Below the pieces are notes generated by a model, which had not been told where the DNA came from, did no database searches, and saw only the letters and a list, made by a program, of their open reading frames with translations. Positions 1-11,063 of a stretch of DNA of 64,000 nt are shown here, piece after piece; within the stretch, counting starts at the first letter, position 1, and every line of letters begins with the position of its first letter. The translations under genes were made by a program, and so were the position numbers. The stretch comes from Dyadobacter sp. GTDB taxonomy: Bacteria; Bacteroidota; Bacteroidia; Cytophagales; Spirosomataceae. The stretch covers positions 143,303 through 207,302 of the forward strand of contig NZ_JAGIAS010000004.1 of NCBI RefSeq assembly GCF_017744695.1, in the 5' to 3' direction.

Positions 1-3000
1 GGTTGCTGGGTAATGAGCGAGTATGGCCCGATAGAACGCGCGTGCATTTTATCGTCAACCAAGTGGCCCAGTTTCATCATATACATCAGACCGACTGTTA
101 CCGGTTGGTCGAACTGCTCACCAGTGAGACCATTGTACAGATAAGTACGTCCCCAATCCGGAAGCCCTGCTTCTTTCAACTCAGCAGCAACTTCCGCTTC
201 CGTAGCACCGTCGAAGATCGGTGTTGCGTAGCGACGGCCGAGTTTCAAACCAGCCCAAGCCAGAATTGTTTCGTAAATCTGACCGATGTTCATACGTGAA
301 GGTACCCCAAGTGGGTTCAACACGATGTTTACCGGAGTTCCGTCTTCCAGGAATGGCATATCTTCGTCACGAACAATCCGGGCAACAACCCCTTTGTTAC
401 CGTGGCGACCCGCCATTTTATCACCCACTTTCAGCTTGCGCTTTTTAGCGATGTAAACTTTCGCGAGTTTCACGATACCTGCCGGCAATTCATCACCTAC
501 TTCCAATGCGAAACGATCGCGTTTGAAGCGGCCCATTACTTCGCTGCGGGCATTGAGGTAGTTTTTCAATACCAGAGAGATCTGCCGGTTGGTGTCAGCG
601 TCTTCTGTCCATGAGTCGGTCAATACGTCACCAATGAGGTTTACTTCTTCGGGAACTGCGTACTGGCTTTCGTCGCGGTACGGGTTATTGGCAGGGAACA
701 GGTTCTCGGAGATGTTTCTCACGTTGAACTTCATTCCTTTGCTGATCAGTTCGTCACCGAATTTGTGCTTCACGCCTGAGCTAGTTTTGCCATCCGTCAA
801 TGTCACCAGCTTGTCGATCACACGACCGCGCAATGCAGTCAGGTCACGGCTGTATTTTTTCATTAACAGACGAAGCTCGTCTTTATGTTTTGCACGCTCT
901 TCTTTGGTTGGGCGGGAGAAAAGTTTGGTATCGATTACCACACCTTTCATGGATGGTGGTGCTTTTTTAGAAGCATCCTTCACGTCACCAGCCTTATCAC
1001 CGAAGATTGCACGAAGGAGTTTTTCCTCCGGAGTTGGATCAGATTCTCCTTTTGGAGTGATCTTACCGATCAGGATATCGCCTTCTTTTACTTCTGTACC
1101 TACTTGTACGATACCGTTTTCGTCGAGGTTTTTAACTGTTTCCTCGCTTACGTTCGGGATCTCAGCGGTCAATTCTTCTTCTCCGCGTTTAGTATCACGC
1201 ACTTCGAGTTCGAATTCCTCGATGTGGATCGAAGTAAAGATATCGTCGCGTACTACTTTCTCAGAGATTACAATCGCATCCTCGAAGTTGTATCCTTGCC
1301 AAGGCATGAATGCAACCAACAAGTTACGGCCCAATGCAAGCTCACCACCTTCGGTACCATAACCCTGGCAAAGCGGCTCGCCTTTTTTCACTTTCTGGCC
1401 TTTCAACACCATTGGTTGAAGGTTCAGGCAAGTGTCCTGGTTGGTACGACGGAATTTCACGAGGTCGTAAGAAACGCTGTCGTCGATGAAGCTAACCAGA
1501 CGATCTTCATCGGTACGGTCGTACTTCACAACGATTTTCTTCGCATCTACGAATTCGATTTCACCATCGCCTTCCGCTACGACCAATGCACGTGAGTCCA
1601 TGGCTACGCGGCGTTCGAGGCCGGTTCCAACGATAGGAGCCTGAGGACGCAACAAAGGCACACCTTGGCGCTGCATGTTCGATCCCATCAATGCACGGTT
1701 CGCATCATCGTGTTCGAGGAACGGAATCAGCGAAGCTGCTACCGATACGATCTGGTTCGCAGCAACGTCCATATATGACGCTTGCGAAGGGTCTACCATC
1801 GGGAAGTCACCTTCGAAACGTGTTTTGATTTTTTCAACGGTGAAGTTTCCCTCTTTATCGACAGAAGCATTTGCCTGTGCGATGTATTTGGAATCTTCTT
1901 CCTCCGCCGTCATGTAGATCAGCTCGTCGGTCAGCTTACCTGCGCTATCGATCACCCGGTAAGGTGTTTCGATGAAGCCCATTCCATTCACTTTCGCGAA
2001 TACGCAAAGTGACGAGATCAGACCGATGTTCGGACCTTCCGGTGTTTCGATCGTACACAGACGCCCGTAGTGGGTGTAGTGAACGTCACGAACCTCGAAA
2101 CCTGCACGTTCGCGGGAAAGACCACCAGGCCCTAATGCCGACATACGGCGTTTGTGGGTAATCTCAGCCAATGGGTTAGTTTGGTCCATGAACTGAGAAA
2201 GCTGGTTTGTACCGAAGAACGAGTTGATAACCGATGACAATGTACGAGCATTGATCAGGTCAACCGGTTTGAAATCTTCGTTGTCACGTACGTTCATACG
2301 CTCCTTGATGGTACGCGCCATACGTGCAAGACCTACGCCGAACTGTGCATAAAGCTGCTCGCCCACGGTACGTACACGACGGTTTGACAAGTGGTCGATA
2401 TCATCGACTACCGCTTTCGCATTGATCAGACCAATGAGGTATTTCACGATGGAAACGATATCACCGGTGGTCAGTACGCGCACGTCGAGGCTGGTATCCG
2501 ATCCCAATTTCTTGTTGATGCGGTAACGGCCTACATCGCCCAGATCGTAACGCTTATCCGAGAAGAACAAGCTCTGGATCACGTCGCGTGCAGTTTGCTC
2601 ATCGGGAGCCTCTGCATTACGCAATTGACGGTAAATTTGCTCAACAGCTTCCTTGTCGGAGTTTGAGCTATCTTTTTGAAGCGTGTTATAAATGATGTTA
2701 TAATCCGCTACGTTCATGTCCTCTTTGTGCATGATGATCGACTTCTGACCTGATTCCAGGATCACATCGATATCATCCGCAGAAATAGTAGAGTCACGTT
2801 CCAGCAACACTTCGTTACGCTGGATAGAAACTACTTCACCGGTATCCTCATCCACGAAGTCCTCAGTCCATGTACGGAGAACCCTTGCCGCCAACCGGCG
2901 CCCTACTGCCTTTTTCAGGTTAGCAGGTGTTGCGCTGATTTCTTCCGAAAGGCCGAACAGGTCGAGGATATCTTTATCAGATCCGAAACCGATCGCTCTC

Positions 3001-3617
3001 AAAAGGGTTGTTACCGGGAACTTCTTCTTACGGTCGATGTAGGCGTACATCACGTTGTTCACGTCCGTAGAGAATTCGATCCAGGAACCTTTGAATGGAA
3101 TAATCCGCGCAGAATATAGTTTGGAACCATTGGTGTGTTTGCTCATCGAGAAGAACACGCCTGGTGAACGGTGAAGCTGAGATACGATTACGCGCTCAGC
3201 ACCATTGATCACGAACGAACCGCGTTCGGTCATGTACGGAATGTTTCCGAGGAACACTTCCTGCTCAATGGTTTCAAATTCTTCATGATCGGCGTCGTTA
3301 CAAATCAGACGCAGTTTCGCCTTCAAAGGCACTGCGTAAGTCAGACCGCGATCGATGGATTCGTCGACTGAATACTTCGGTGGTTCAAGGAGGTAATCGA
3401 TGAACTCGAGAACGAAGTTCTCACGAGAGTCGGCGATGGGGAAGTTTTCAGCGAAAACTTTGTAAAGTCCTTCTCCGGAACGGTCTTCAACCGATGTATC
3501 CAGACTAAAGAAATCACGGAACGATTGTACCTGGATTCCCAAAAGATCGGGATAATCGATAATCTGATTAATCCTTGAGAAGTTCTTTCTTGGTGTTTTT
3601 GGATTAATAGTAGCCAA
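1..3617 (-). CDS. rpoB: DNA-directed RNA polymerase subunit beta (3' end runs off the window)
   Basis: Manual translation from TTG at 3617: [26 protein letters not shown]...; contains [52 protein letters not shown] and [17 protein letters not shown]. Not in the ORF track because it has no stop inside the window. Follows rplL. Confidence 0.98.
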   Translation of the reverse strand, partial: MATINPKTPRKNFSRINQIIDYPDLLGIQVQSFRDFFSLDTSVEDRSGEGLYKVFAENFPIADSRENFVLEFIDYLLEPPKYSVDESIDRGLTYAVPLKAKLRLICNDADHEEFETIEQEVFLGNIPYMTERGSFVINGAERVIVSQLHRSPGVFFSMSKHTNGSKLYSARIIPFKGSWIEFSTDVNNVMYAYIDRKKKFPVTTLLRAIGFGSDKDILDLFGLSEEISATPANLKKAVGRRLAARVLRTWTEDFVDEDTGEVVSIQRNEVLLERDSTISADDIDVILESGQKSIIMHKEDMNVADYNIIYNTLQKDSSNSDKEAVEQIYRQLRNAEAPDEQTARDVIQSLFFSDKRYDLGDVGRYRINKKLGSDTSLDVRVLTTGDIVSIVKYLIGLINAKAVVDDIDHLSNRRVRTVGEQLYAQFGVGLARMARTIKERMNVRDNEDFKPVDLINARTLSSVINSFFGTNQLSQFMDQTNPLAEITHKRRMSALGPGGLSRERAGFEVRDVHYTHYGRLCTIETPEGPNIGLISSLCVFAKVNGMGFIETPYRVIDSAGKLTDELIYMTAEEEDSKYIAQANASVDKEGNFTVEKIKTRFEGDFPMVDPSQASYMDVAANQIVSVAASLIPFLEHDDANRALMGSNMQRQGVPLLRPQAPIVGTGLERRVAMDSRALVVAEGDGEIEFVDAKKIVVKYDRTDEDRLVSFIDDSVSYDLVKFRRTNQDTCLNLQPMVLKGQKVKKGEPLCQGYGTEGGELALGRNLLVAFMPWQGYNFEDAIVISEKVVRDDIFTSIHIEEFELEVRDTKRGEEELTAEIPNVSEETVKNLDENGIVQVGTEVKEGDILIGKITPKGESDPTPEEKLLRAIFGDKAGDVKDASKKAPPSMKGVVIDTKLFSRPTKEERAKHKDELRLLMKKYSRDLTALRGRVIDKLVTLTDGKTSSGVKHKFGDELISKGMKFNVRNISENLFPANNPYRDESQYAVPEEVNLIGDVLTDSWTEDADTNRQISLVLKNYLNARSEVMGRFKRDRFALEVGDELPAGIVKLAKVYIAKKRKLKVGDKMAGRHGNKGVVARIVRDEDMPFLEDGTPVNIVLNPLGVPSRMNIGQIYETILAWAGLKLGRRYATPIFDGATEAEVAAELKEAGLPDWGRTYLYNGLTGEQFDQPVTVGLMYMMKLGHLVDDKMHARSIGPYSLITQQ

Positions 3618-3822
3618 GGCTATGTGTGATTTGGGTTAGCAGAAAAACTAATTAGTTTTAACCTAATCTATTGCCTCGTAGAGAAAGGTTAACCGTCCCT
3701 GTTCTTCCATTCTACGAGTAAGGAAGTGTTTCGGACAAAGTGAACCGGAAGGGGATTTTGGCAGTAAACCCGTTACCGCCTCTAACCAGAACGACAAAAA
3801 AGGACTTTTCGTTTGGTTTTTA

Positions 3823-3864
3823 TAAAAAACAGGAAAAGACCTGACGGTTGTCAGGCCTATTCCT
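3823..3864 (-). terminator. Intrinsic terminator/attenuator between rplL and rpoB
   Basis: Stem AGGAAAAGACCTGAC / GTCAGGCCTATTCCT with a 4-nt loop, followed by a U-tract on the minus strand. Confidence 0.7.
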
Positions 3865-3895
3865 ATGAATTTATCTTCTAATGCTGTGGAGCAAA

Positions 3896-4279
3896 TTACT
3901 TCACCTCAACTTCTGCACCAGCTTCTTCAAGTTGCTTTTTCAGAGCGTCAGCTTCGTCTTTGGCAACACCTTCTTTTACAGGTTTTGGAGCGCCGTCAAC
4001 GAGTTCTTTCGCTTCTTTCAGGCCAAGACCAGTCAGGTCTTTAACCAATTTCACAACAGCCAATTTACCAGCACCAGCTGATTTCAAGATTACATCGAAA
4101 GATGTTTTCTCTTCAACTGCAGGAGCATCAGTACCGCCACCAGCAGGACCTGCTACCACTACTGCACCAGCAGCTGCTGGCTCAATACCGTACTCGTCTT
4201 TAAGAATTGTAGCCAATTCGTTCACTTCTTTAACCGTAAGGTTAACAAGCTGTTCTGCGAAAGCTTTCAAATCTGCCAT
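3896..4279 (-). CDS. rplL: 50S ribosomal protein L7/L12
   Basis: [19 protein letters not shown]...[27 protein letters not shown]; operon position. Confidence 0.98.
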   Translation of the reverse strand: MADLKAFAEQLVNLTVKEVNELATILKDEYGIEPAAAGAVVVAGPAGGGTDAPAVEEKTSFDVILKSAGAGKLAVVKLVKDLTGLGLKEAKELVDGAPKPVKEGVAKDEADALKKQLEEAGAEVEVK

Positions 4280-4369
4280 TTCTATTTTGATTTTTTTGAT
4301 TATACAATAAGATGATTTTAAAAAGGCTCCTTTAATTATTAAACCGGAGAGCTAAGCCTGTTTAGTTAA

Positions 4370-4900
4370 TTAGTCTTCTTTTTCAGACAAAGTTTTCAAG
4401 ATACCAGCCAGGTTCTGTCCGCCGCTTGTAAGAGCGCCGATAACATTTTTGGCAGGCGATTGCAACAATCCGATCACTTCGCCGATGAGTTCTTGTTTCG
4501 ATTTCAGTGAAATCAGAACATCAAGCTGGCTTTCTCCAACGAAAAGGGCAGTGTCGACAGAAGCTCCTTTGAACTTCAATTTGTCGCTACCTGATTTCTT
4601 TTTGAAGTCTTTAATCAGTTGTGCAGGAACTTTACCTGACTCCGGGTGAAACATTACTCCGGAAAATCCTTTCAACACGTCGTCGAAAGAAGAATAGTCC
4701 GTATCTAATGTCTCGAGCGCTTTTTTAATCAATGTATTCTTCACAACACGATACTCAACACCACGCTCGAAGCAAAGGCCTCTGAGGGTATTTACCTCGC
4801 TCACGGTCATACCGGTTGCGTTGGTAATGTAGAAGTATGGCGTGCTGGCGAATTTCTGACTTAATTCGTCAATAATTACTGCTTTTTCTTCCCGTGTCAT
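4370..4900 (-). CDS. rplJ: 50S ribosomal protein L10
   Basis: MTREEKAVIIDEL...RVVKNTL...; ATG at 4900, 1 nt after the rplA stop (ORF-track start at 4939 overlaps rplA). Confidence 0.96.
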   Translation of the reverse strand: MTREEKAVIIDELSQKFASTPYFYITNATGMTVSEVNTLRGLCFERGVEYRVVKNTLIKKALETLDTDYSSFDDVLKGFSGVMFHPESGKVPAQLIKDFKKKSGSDKLKFKGASVDTALFVGESQLDVLISLKSKQELIGEVIGLLQSPAKNVIGALTSGGQNLAGILKTLSEKED

Positions 4901-4901
4901 A

Positions 4902-5600
4902 TTACAATCCTGGAATCGTGTTTTTGTCAATAATAACACCCGGGCTCATCGTGCTTGACAAGTGAATGCTCTTTACGTAAGTACCTTTCGCCGATGAAGG
5001 CTTAAGGCGAACCAAGGTATTGATAACCTCCGTTGCGTTCTGTGCAAGCTGGTCAGTTCCGAAAGAAACTTTTCCAATGCTGGTGTGGATGATACCGGTT
5101 TTGTCAACCTTGAAGTCGATTTTACCAGCTTTCACTTCCTTCACAGCTTTTGCTACATCCGGTGTTACAGTTCCCGACTTAGGGTTTGGCATCAGACCAC
5201 GAGGACCCAATACTTTACCAAGTCTACCTACTTTTGCCATTACACTAGGCATTGTAATAATCACGTCGATGTCTGTCCAGCCTTGCTCGATTTTTGTAAT
5301 GTATTCGTCAAGACCAACGTAATCCGCTCCTGCCTCTTTCGCTTCTGCCTCCTTGTCGGGAGTACACAGCACCAATACACGAACTTCTTTTCCGGTTCCG
5401 TGTGGCAATGTTACCACGCCACGCACCATTTGGTCAGCTTTGCGAGGATCTACGCCCAAACGAACGTCGATATCTACGGAAGCATCAAATTTGGTATAGG
5501 AAATCGTTTTCAGAACATCCGCAGCTGCTTCCAGGGTATAAGCCTGGGTTGCGTCGTATTTTGAAAGAGCTTCTTTTTGCTTTTTGGTCAATTTTCCCAT
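4902..5600 (-). CDS. rplA: 50S ribosomal protein L1
   Basis: [51 protein letters not shown]. Confidence 0.99.
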   Translation of the reverse strand: MGKLTKKQKEALSKYDATQAYTLEAAADVLKTISYTKFDASVDIDVRLGVDPRKADQMVRGVVTLPHGTGKEVRVLVLCTPDKEAEAKEAGADYVGLDEYITKIEQGWTDIDVIITMPSVMAKVGRLGKVLGPRGLMPNPKSGTVTPDVAKAVKEVKAGKIDFKVDKTGIIHTSIGKVSFGTDQLAQNATEVINTLVRLKPSSAKGTYVKSIHLSSTMSPGVIIDKNTIPGL

Positions 5601-5636
5601 GTTCTTTGTTTCTTTGGCGTATCTATAAATCTACGC

Positions 5637-6086
5637 TCAGTTGTTTTCTTCCCATGGGGCCTTGCCAGCCACGGTGATACCCATACTACGAGCCGTTCCC
5701 GCGATCATTTTCATAGCAGACTCTACGGTGAAGCAGTTCAGGTCGGGCATTTTAGTTTCGGCGATCGTTTTAACTTGATCCCATGAAACTGATCCTACCT
5801 TTACACGGTTTGGCTGAGCCGAACCTGTCTTTACTTTTGAGGCTTCCAGAAGAAGAATAGCGGCCGGGGGGGTTTTGATGACGAAGTCGAAAGACTTGTC
5901 TTTGTAGTATGTAATAACTACCGGCAATACCACACCCATTTTATCCTGGGTACGGCCATTGAACTGCTTGCAAAACTCCATGATATTCAAACCCTTCGAT
6001 CCTAGTGCAGGACCAATCGGAGGTGATGGGTTGGCTTGGCCACCTTTCACCTGCAGTTTGACGTATCCACCTATTTCTTTTGCCAT
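5637..6086 (-). CDS. rplK: 50S ribosomal protein L11
   Basis: [29 protein letters not shown]...[10 protein letters not shown]; start at ATG 6086. Confidence 0.98.
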   Translation of the reverse strand: MAKEIGGYVKLQVKGGQANPSPPIGPALGSKGLNIMEFCKQFNGRTQDKMGVVLPVVITYYKDKSFDFVIKTPPAAILLLEASKVKTGSAQPNRVKVGSVSWDQVKTIAETKMPDLNCFTVESAMKMIAGTARSMGITVAGKAPWEENN

Positions 6087-6161
6087 TGTTTTGGAATTTG
6101 TCGGTTCATCGATTGACCAGCGGCTCACATGCAGTTGGAAGCCTACCTGCCCGCTATTCGC

Positions 6162-6716
6162 TCAACTATCCTTTTCTACTTGTGCGTAACTGAGTTCCAC
6201 GGGTGTATTACGCCCGAATATTTTTACAACTACATTGAGTTTTTTCTTCTCATCGAATACTTCTTCCACCAGACCGATGAATCCGCTGAACGGACCATCT
6301 ACGACTTTCACAGTCTCGCCTTTGATGAAAGACATGCTTGGCGCTTCTTCGTGCTGCTCTGCTTCGTCGACTTTACCGAGGATACGGTTAATTTCCGACT
6401 GGCGCAGGGGAACTGGCACTTTGGAATTTCCTTCGGCATTGCCCAGGAAACCGATTACGCCGGGAATACTTGTAATAATGTGCAAAACCTCCCCTTTGGA
6501 CAGATCGGCTGAAATGATAATATACCCGGGAAAGAAGTTCTTTTCCCGTACACGCTTCTTACCGTTACGCATTTCGTAAATCTTCTCCGAAGGGATCAGG
6601 ATTTGCGGAACGAATTCATTTAGCTTCTGGCGTGTGATTTCATTTTCAATGTAGGACTTGATTTTTTTCTCTTGCCCGGACACTGCCCTTAATACAAACC
6701 AATTTAGACTACTCAT
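6162..6716 (-). CDS. nusG: Transcription termination/antitermination factor NusG
   Basis: WFVLRAVSGQEKK, FFPGYI, KOW motif GETVKVVDGPFSGFIG, VKIFGRNTPVEL. Confidence 0.98.
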   Translation of the reverse strand: MSSLNWFVLRAVSGQEKKIKSYIENEITRQKLNEFVPQILIPSEKIYEMRNGKKRVREKNFFPGYIIISADLSKGEVLHIITSIPGVIGFLGNAEGNSKVPVPLRQSEINRILGKVDEAEQHEEAPSMSFIKGETVKVVDGPFSGFIGLVEEVFDEKKKLNVVVKIFGRNTPVELSYAQVEKDS

Positions 6717-6749
6717 ACCTTTCAGGGGGTTATCTTTACTAAAATAGCC

Positions 6750-6941
6750 TTAGAAAGACTGGTAAAACAGTTTCAGTGCGTTCTCGAACACGAGATCCAT
6801 CACACCTACCACGAAGGCAAAAATGAGCGAACCTACAAGCACCAGTGTGGTATTGGCTTGCAGCTCGTTGAAAGGCGGCCATGTAACGTGTTGGGTCATT
6901 TCTTCCCAGGACGCTTTCAAAAAAGAAGTAAATTTTTCCAT
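6750..6941 (-). CDS. secE: Preprotein translocase subunit SecE
   Basis: 63 aa, 'VTWP' motif plus one TM helix, between tRNA-Trp and nusG. Confidence 0.95.
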   Translation of the reverse strand: MEKFTSFLKASWEEMTQHVTWPPFNELQANTTLVLVGSLIFAFVVGVMDLVFENALKLFYQSF

Positions 6942-6960
6942 TTCACCTTTTCGATTTATG

Positions 6961-7031
6961 CACGGGTGGAGAGATTCGAACTCCCATCAACGGTTTTGGA
7001 GACCGCTATTCTACCCTTGAACTACACCCGT
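6961..7031 (-). tRNA. tRNA-Trp (CCA)
   Basis: Acceptor ACGGGTG/CACCCGT, anticodon arm GCGGT-CTCCAAA-ACCGT, TTCGAAT T-loop; CCA end not encoded. Confidence 0.97.
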
Positions 7032-7059
7032 TTATCGTGCAATTGCCCATTCGGGGCTG

Positions 7060-7067
7060 CAAAGATA
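7060..7067 (-). promoter_or_regulatory. Bacteroidota housekeeping promoter -7 element upstream of tRNA-Trp
   Basis: TATCTTTG matches TAnnTTTG, about 30 nt upstream of the tRNA 5' end. Confidence 0.65.
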
Positions 7068-7080
7068 CGACTTTTTTATA

Positions 7081-7118
7081 AAAAACAAGTGCATTCCGAA
7101 AGAAATGCACTTGTTTTA
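7081..7118 (-). terminator. Intrinsic terminator after tuf
   Basis: AAAACAAGTGCATT / AATGCACTTGTTTT inverted repeat. Confidence 0.75.
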
Positions 7119-7133
7119 ATATTGCTATCTTGA

Positions 7134-8321
7134 TTAGTCAAGAATTTCAGTTACCTGACCAGCACCTACGGTACGTCCACCTTCGCGAATCGCGAAACGA
7201 AGACCTTTTTCCATAGCGATTTTGTTGATCAGTTTCACTTCGATAGTGATGTTGTCACCTGGCATAACCATTTCAACACCGGCAGGAAGTGTGATTTCAC
7301 CTGTCACGTCAGTGGTACGGAAGTAGAACTGAGGACGGTATTTGTTAAAGAATGGAGTGTGACGTCCACCTTCTTCTTTCGACAGCACGTAAACTTCACC
7401 TTTGAAGTGTTGGTGAGGCTTAACTGAACCTGGCTTACAGATTACCATACCACGACGGATCTCTTCTTTGTCAATACCGCGAAGCAACAAACCTACGTTG
7501 TCACCAGCTTCACCGCGGTCGAGGATCTTACGGAACATCTCAACACCTGTTACAGTTGATTTGAGACCTTCTGCACCCATACCGAGGATATCAACAGGAT
7601 CACCAGAGTTGATCACACCACGCTCGATACGACCAGTTGCAACAGTACCACGACCAGTGATCGAGAATACGTCTTCAACAGGCATCAAGAAAGGAAGATC
7701 AGTCATACGTGGAGGAATTGGAATCCAAGTATCAACAGCTTCCATCAGGTCTTCGATAGTTTTAACCCACTTAGGCTCGCCGTTAAGACCACCCAAAGCA
7801 GATCCCTGGATTACAGGAATGTTATCGCCATCGAATTCGTAGAAGCTCAGAAGCTCGCGGATTTCCATCTCAACGAGTTCAAGAAGTTCCGGATCATCAA
7901 CCATGTCCACTTTGTTCATGAACACAACAAGCTGAGGAACACCTACCTGACGAGCAAGAAGGATGTGCTCACGAGTTTGTGGCATAGGACCGTCAGTAGC
8001 AGCAACCACGATGATTGCGCCGTCCATCTGAGCAGCACCAGTTACCATGTTCTTCACGTAGTCAGCGTGACCTGGGCAGTCAACGTGCGCATAGTGACGG
8101 TTGGCTGTCTGGTATTCTACGTGAGAAGTGTTGATTGTGATACCGCGCTCTTTTTCTTCAGGAGCATTGTCGATTGAAGAAAAGTCGCGTTTCTGTGCAA
8201 AACCTTTATCAGCCAACACAGTTGTAATCGCCGCTGTAAGGGTAGTTTTACCGTGGTCAACGTGCCCGATAGTACCAATATTTACGTGGGGTTTCGAGCG
8301 GTCAAACGTCTCTTTTGCCAT
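7134..8321 (-). CDS. tuf: Elongation factor Tu
   Basis: [35 protein letters not shown]; 395 aa. Confidence 0.99.
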   Translation of the reverse strand: MAKETFDRSKPHVNIGTIGHVDHGKTTLTAAITTVLADKGFAQKRDFSSIDNAPEEKERGITINTSHVEYQTANRHYAHVDCPGHADYVKNMVTGAAQMDGAIIVVAATDGPMPQTREHILLARQVGVPQLVVFMNKVDMVDDPELLELVEMEIRELLSFYEFDGDNIPVIQGSALGGLNGEPKWVKTIEDLMEAVDTWIPIPPRMTDLPFLMPVEDVFSITGRGTVATGRIERGVINSGDPVDILGMGAEGLKSTVTGVEMFRKILDRGEAGDNVGLLLRGIDKEEIRRGMVICKPGSVKPHQHFKGEVYVLSKEEGGRHTPFFNKYRPQFYFRTTDVTGEITLPAGVEMVMPGDNITIEVKLINKIAMEKGLRFAIREGGRTVGAGQVTEILD

Positions 8322-8464
8322 GACTTAAGTACGCTTAAAATTAAAAGTTATTACGAATTTATTATACACTACTAATTGATCCTGCTGGCTTTACTGCAAT
8401 CAAACACCGCAATCGTCTACCAAACCAGGATCAAAACCAATGCAGGGACACATCCTGCTTTCTG

Positions 8465-8536
<72 letters not shown>

Positions 8537-8564
8537 ATTGTTACTTCTTTTTTCTCTCATCTTC

Positions 8565-8622
8565 CCAAGGAAGTGCTCTACCGCATCGGCGGACCGCCCT
8601 GAGCTACAAAAGCATTGTTACT
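8565..8622 (-). pseudogene. Duplicated 5' half of tRNA-Thr(GGT) with a 15-bp insertion in the D-loop
   Basis: Identical to 8503-8545 except for GCATCGGCGGACCGC inserted at 8583-8597; stops within the anticodon, no T-arm or 3' acceptor. Confidence 0.9.
8583..8597. repeat. 15-bp GC-rich micro-insertion, copy 1 (variant)
   Basis: Minus strand reads GCGGTCCGCCGATGC(GGT); the empty site is visible in the intact tRNA-Thr. Confidence 0.8.
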
Positions 8623-8646
8623 AAAAGCATTGTTCTTAGAACCAAA

Positions 8647-8692
8647 AAGCGATTAGCGAAAGTTATCTATTGAATGTTTTCGCTAATCGCTT
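8647..8692 (-). terminator. Terminator-like hairpin between tRNA-Gly and tRNA-Thr
   Basis: Perfect 15-bp stem AAGCGATTAGCGAAA / TTTCGCTAATCGCTT, followed by Ts on the minus strand. Confidence 0.6.
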
Positions 8693-8710
8693 CGATGATG
8701 CTTCTAATTG

Positions 8711-8783
8711 AGCGGAAGACGAGGTTCGAACTCGCGACCTATAGCTTGGAAGGCTATCGCTCTACCAGCTGAGCTACTTCCGC
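8711..8783 (-). tRNA. tRNA-Gly (TCC)
   Basis: Acceptor GCGGAAG/CTTCCGC, anticodon arm ATAGC-CTTCCAA-GCTAT. Confidence 0.97.
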
Positions 8784-8846
8784 ATTTGTTTTCGTCTTTA
8801 CCTCAAGAACTGGCCTTAATTGAAGCATTTTTTCAGACTCAAACTG

Positions 8847-8929
8847 TGGGGGCGGATGGATTCGAACCACCGAAGACATAAGTCAGCAGATTTACAGTCT
8901 GCCCCATTTGGCCACTCTGGTACACCCCC
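8847..8929 (-). tRNA. tRNA-Tyr (GTA)
   Basis: Acceptor GGGGGTG/CGCCCCC, anticodon arm GCAGA-CTGTAAA-TCTGC, long variable arm. Confidence 0.97.
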
Positions 8930-8982
8930 AGACAACATTTCAACACAAGCGTGAAAACCGTTTGTTTCACAATTTGGAGTCG

Positions 8983-9013
8983 CAAAATTATACCCATTTT
9001 TTATATTCTCAAA
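8983..9013 (-). promoter_or_regulatory. Housekeeping promoter of the tRNA-tuf operon
   Basis: TTTG (9013-9010) - N19 - TAATTTTG (8990-8983): full Bacteroidota consensus. Confidence 0.8.
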
Positions 9014-9030
9014 TTCTTTTGAAAAAAAAT

Positions 9031-9077
9031 TAAAAAAAAATGTGGCCTGGAATCAAAAACGTCGATTCCAGGCCACA
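9031..9077 (-). terminator. Intrinsic terminator of the ECF/OMP triplet
   Basis: TGTGGCCTGGAATC / GATTCCAGGCCACA stem plus a long U-tract. Confidence 0.8.
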
Positions 9078-9093
9078 CGGGCACTTTTTTGAC

Positions 9094-10215
9094 TTAAAAC
9101 AATCTTACCCCAAAACTCAGCATCCGGACCGAAGGCCCCCGGTTGGCTTCGAAAAGATAGTTCAAATCATAGTTCACAAAGAAGTCAGGAAAGTTACGGA
9201 TACCAATTTCAGCAGCTAAACCGTAGCGCAAATCTTCGATGTAAAAGTTACGCCGGTCGTGGTCCACATCCTTCGTACCGACCTTGCGTACCTTGGTATA
9301 ACTGCCAATTCGATAACCACCGTAAGCACCCGCGCTGATGTACGATATGAATGAGTGTGAAAAACTCAGCGTAGGCATAATGGACAGGTTGACATAGGGC
9401 ACCACGAGCTTCGACTTTCTCACTTCCACCGGCTTACCCTGGTCATCGACAACTTGCCTGAACTCGACGCCGTCGTCGGTTTTGGCAATCGTATTATCGC
9501 CATCGTACATCATATTGTACCACGAAAAGTCGATGCCGAAGTCCAGATGAAGCCGGGCATCTTTTCCTTTGATCACATTGGCGCTGGCCACATAACCGAG
9601 GCTCACAAAACGCGATCCGAATGGTTTCAGGTCATAGTCCGATTTATTGAAGCCATTGGTAGCCTCATTGGTACCATAAGTATTCAATCCCAATGCGACA
9701 TTGAAACCCTTACGCGGGCTCGACCCGCCCCATGATTTTCCGTGAAACCGCTTACCGATGCGCCGGTAGGTCGAATCCGACCCGACGACGGCATCACCTT
9801 CCTTCACTTCCACGCCCGAGCCATCGATAGAAACCTTCGTGTCCCCATCCTTGATATGAATACCGCGGAGTCCAATTCTTACATAATCCTTATCGGCAGG
9901 CTGATCCGGGTTTTTCAAATACTTATTTCCGTTGAATTCCTCCCGCAGAAACGTCGTATCGGCCTGGGTACTGTCCAATCTTACTTTCAGATCTTTCAGT
10001 AATGCATTCAAATCATACTTCATGATCTTTTCCAGCTCCTGGCGGTTTTCGCCGTAAATGATTAGCCTCGTCTTATCACCGAATGTGACGATAATCGAAT
10101 CCTTATCCCGGCCGCCGGGCCATTCAAACTGATCATTGGATTTCAATGAACCAGCGCGCGCGCCAATGGCAACCAGCAGTACCAGCATTGCCATTGCATA
10201 TATTTTACTTTTCAT
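9094..10215 (-). CDS. Outer-membrane beta-barrel (porin-family) protein
   Basis: Signal peptide; C-terminal amphipathic strands ending in ...SFGVRLF; third gene of a sigma/anti-sigma/OMP triplet. Confidence 0.7.
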   Translation of the reverse strand: MKSKIYAMAMLVLLVAIGARAGSLKSNDQFEWPGGRDKDSIIVTFGDKTRLIIYGENRQELEKIMKYDLNALLKDLKVRLDSTQADTTFLREEFNGNKYLKNPDQPADKDYVRIGLRGIHIKDGDTKVSIDGSGVEVKEGDAVVGSDSTYRRIGKRFHGKSWGGSSPRKGFNVALGLNTYGTNEATNGFNKSDYDLKPFGSRFVSLGYVASANVIKGKDARLHLDFGIDFSWYNMMYDGDNTIAKTDDGVEFRQVVDDQGKPVEVRKSKLVVPYVNLSIMPTLSFSHSFISYISAGAYGGYRIGSYTKVRKVGTKDVDHDRRNFYIEDLRYGLAAEIGIRNFPDFFVNYDLNYLFEANRGPSVRMLSFGVRLF

Positions 10216-10226
10216 GGCACAAGAGA

Positions 10227-11063
10227 TTACAGTTTTGTCTTGTTTTTAGGGTGATCTTTTTCTGTACTTCTGTCTTCCTTGTTACGCAGGCGATCGTCCA
10301 CACGTGCTACAAGGTTTTTTGGATTAAATCCCACTTCATCCCAATCGACTTTCTCGCCTGCCCTCGCATTTTTGAGCTGGCGGAAAACCCTTGCAAACCG
10401 GGTATTACGTGGTTTCTCTTCCGCTTCACTAGGACCGGTCTCCACGGCAACGACAATCGTTCTTGTCGGCTCGGGCTCCGGCTTGTTTACCCGACTAACA
10501 GCTGGCTCATCGGGCAAAGTCTTAATACCCTGTGCAACAGGGATATTTGTAGATTCCGGCTGTATGGCATTCACCGGTATCTCCGGCTTTTCTGTAATTG
10601 CCACTGCCGGCGCATTCTGTATAAGTTCGGGGGTAGCGACAGGTGTCTCGATTACCTGTTTCGGAGCCTGACGCACCTCGGCTACATGGACGACTGGTTT
10701 AAGATTCCCTTGATTACTAGTAACCACTCCATTACTTTTCCCCTCCGCTGCCGCTAATTGTTCCACCGGTGCTTTTGAATTTTCAACCGGAGCAGTCATG
10801 GAATCTTTTTGAATCGGCTTGGCAGCTGCAATAGTTTGTTGCGGTTTAATACTTTCCGGCGAATTAACCTGCTGATTCTTCCAAACCAGGTAACCTCCCA
10901 TCACCGCCGCAGCCACACCGGCGGCGGCATACCAACCCCACACAGCCGGGCGACGTTTTACCGGCTGCTTTTCCTGAATTTTCAGCCACGCATTTTCCGA
11001 AGGTGTTCTTTGCGCTCCTTCGAGTTTGCGTTTGAAAAGATCATCAACAGGATGCTTTTTCAT
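10227..11063 (-). CDS. Putative anti-sigma factor module (own ATG at 11063)
   Basis: MKKHPVDDLFKRKL...W.KI N-terminus, one TM helix (WYAAAGVAAAVMGGYLVW), Pro/Ala/Glu-rich periplasmic part. Confidence 0.65.
   Translation of the reverse strand: MKKHPVDDLFKRKLEGAQRTPSENAWLKIQEKQPVKRRPAVWGWYAAAGVAAAVMGGYLVWKNQQVNSPESIKPQQTIAAAKPIQKDSMTAPVENSKAPVEQLAAAEGKSNGVVTSNQGNLKPVVHVAEVRQAPKQVIETPVATPELIQNAPAVAITEKPEIPVNAIQPESTNIPVAQGIKTLPDEPAVSRVNKPEPEPTRTIVVAVETGPSEAEEKPRNTRFARVFRQLKNARAGEKVDWDEVGFNPKNLVARVDDRLRNKEDRSTEKDHPKNKTKL

Noticed and set aside
3-3371. Many plus-strand ORFs in the track over rpoB, and similar antisense ORFs over tuf, act/cox, rpsA, dcw and ATP-grasp genes
   Set aside because: They are antisense shadows of well-conserved genes, with no recognisable motifs or initiation context.
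8930-9090. Expected tRNA-Thr(TGT) at the head of the tufB-type tRNA cluster
   Set aside because: No cloverleaf is present; the promoter lies directly upstream of tRNA-Tyr. Absence here is unremarkable.
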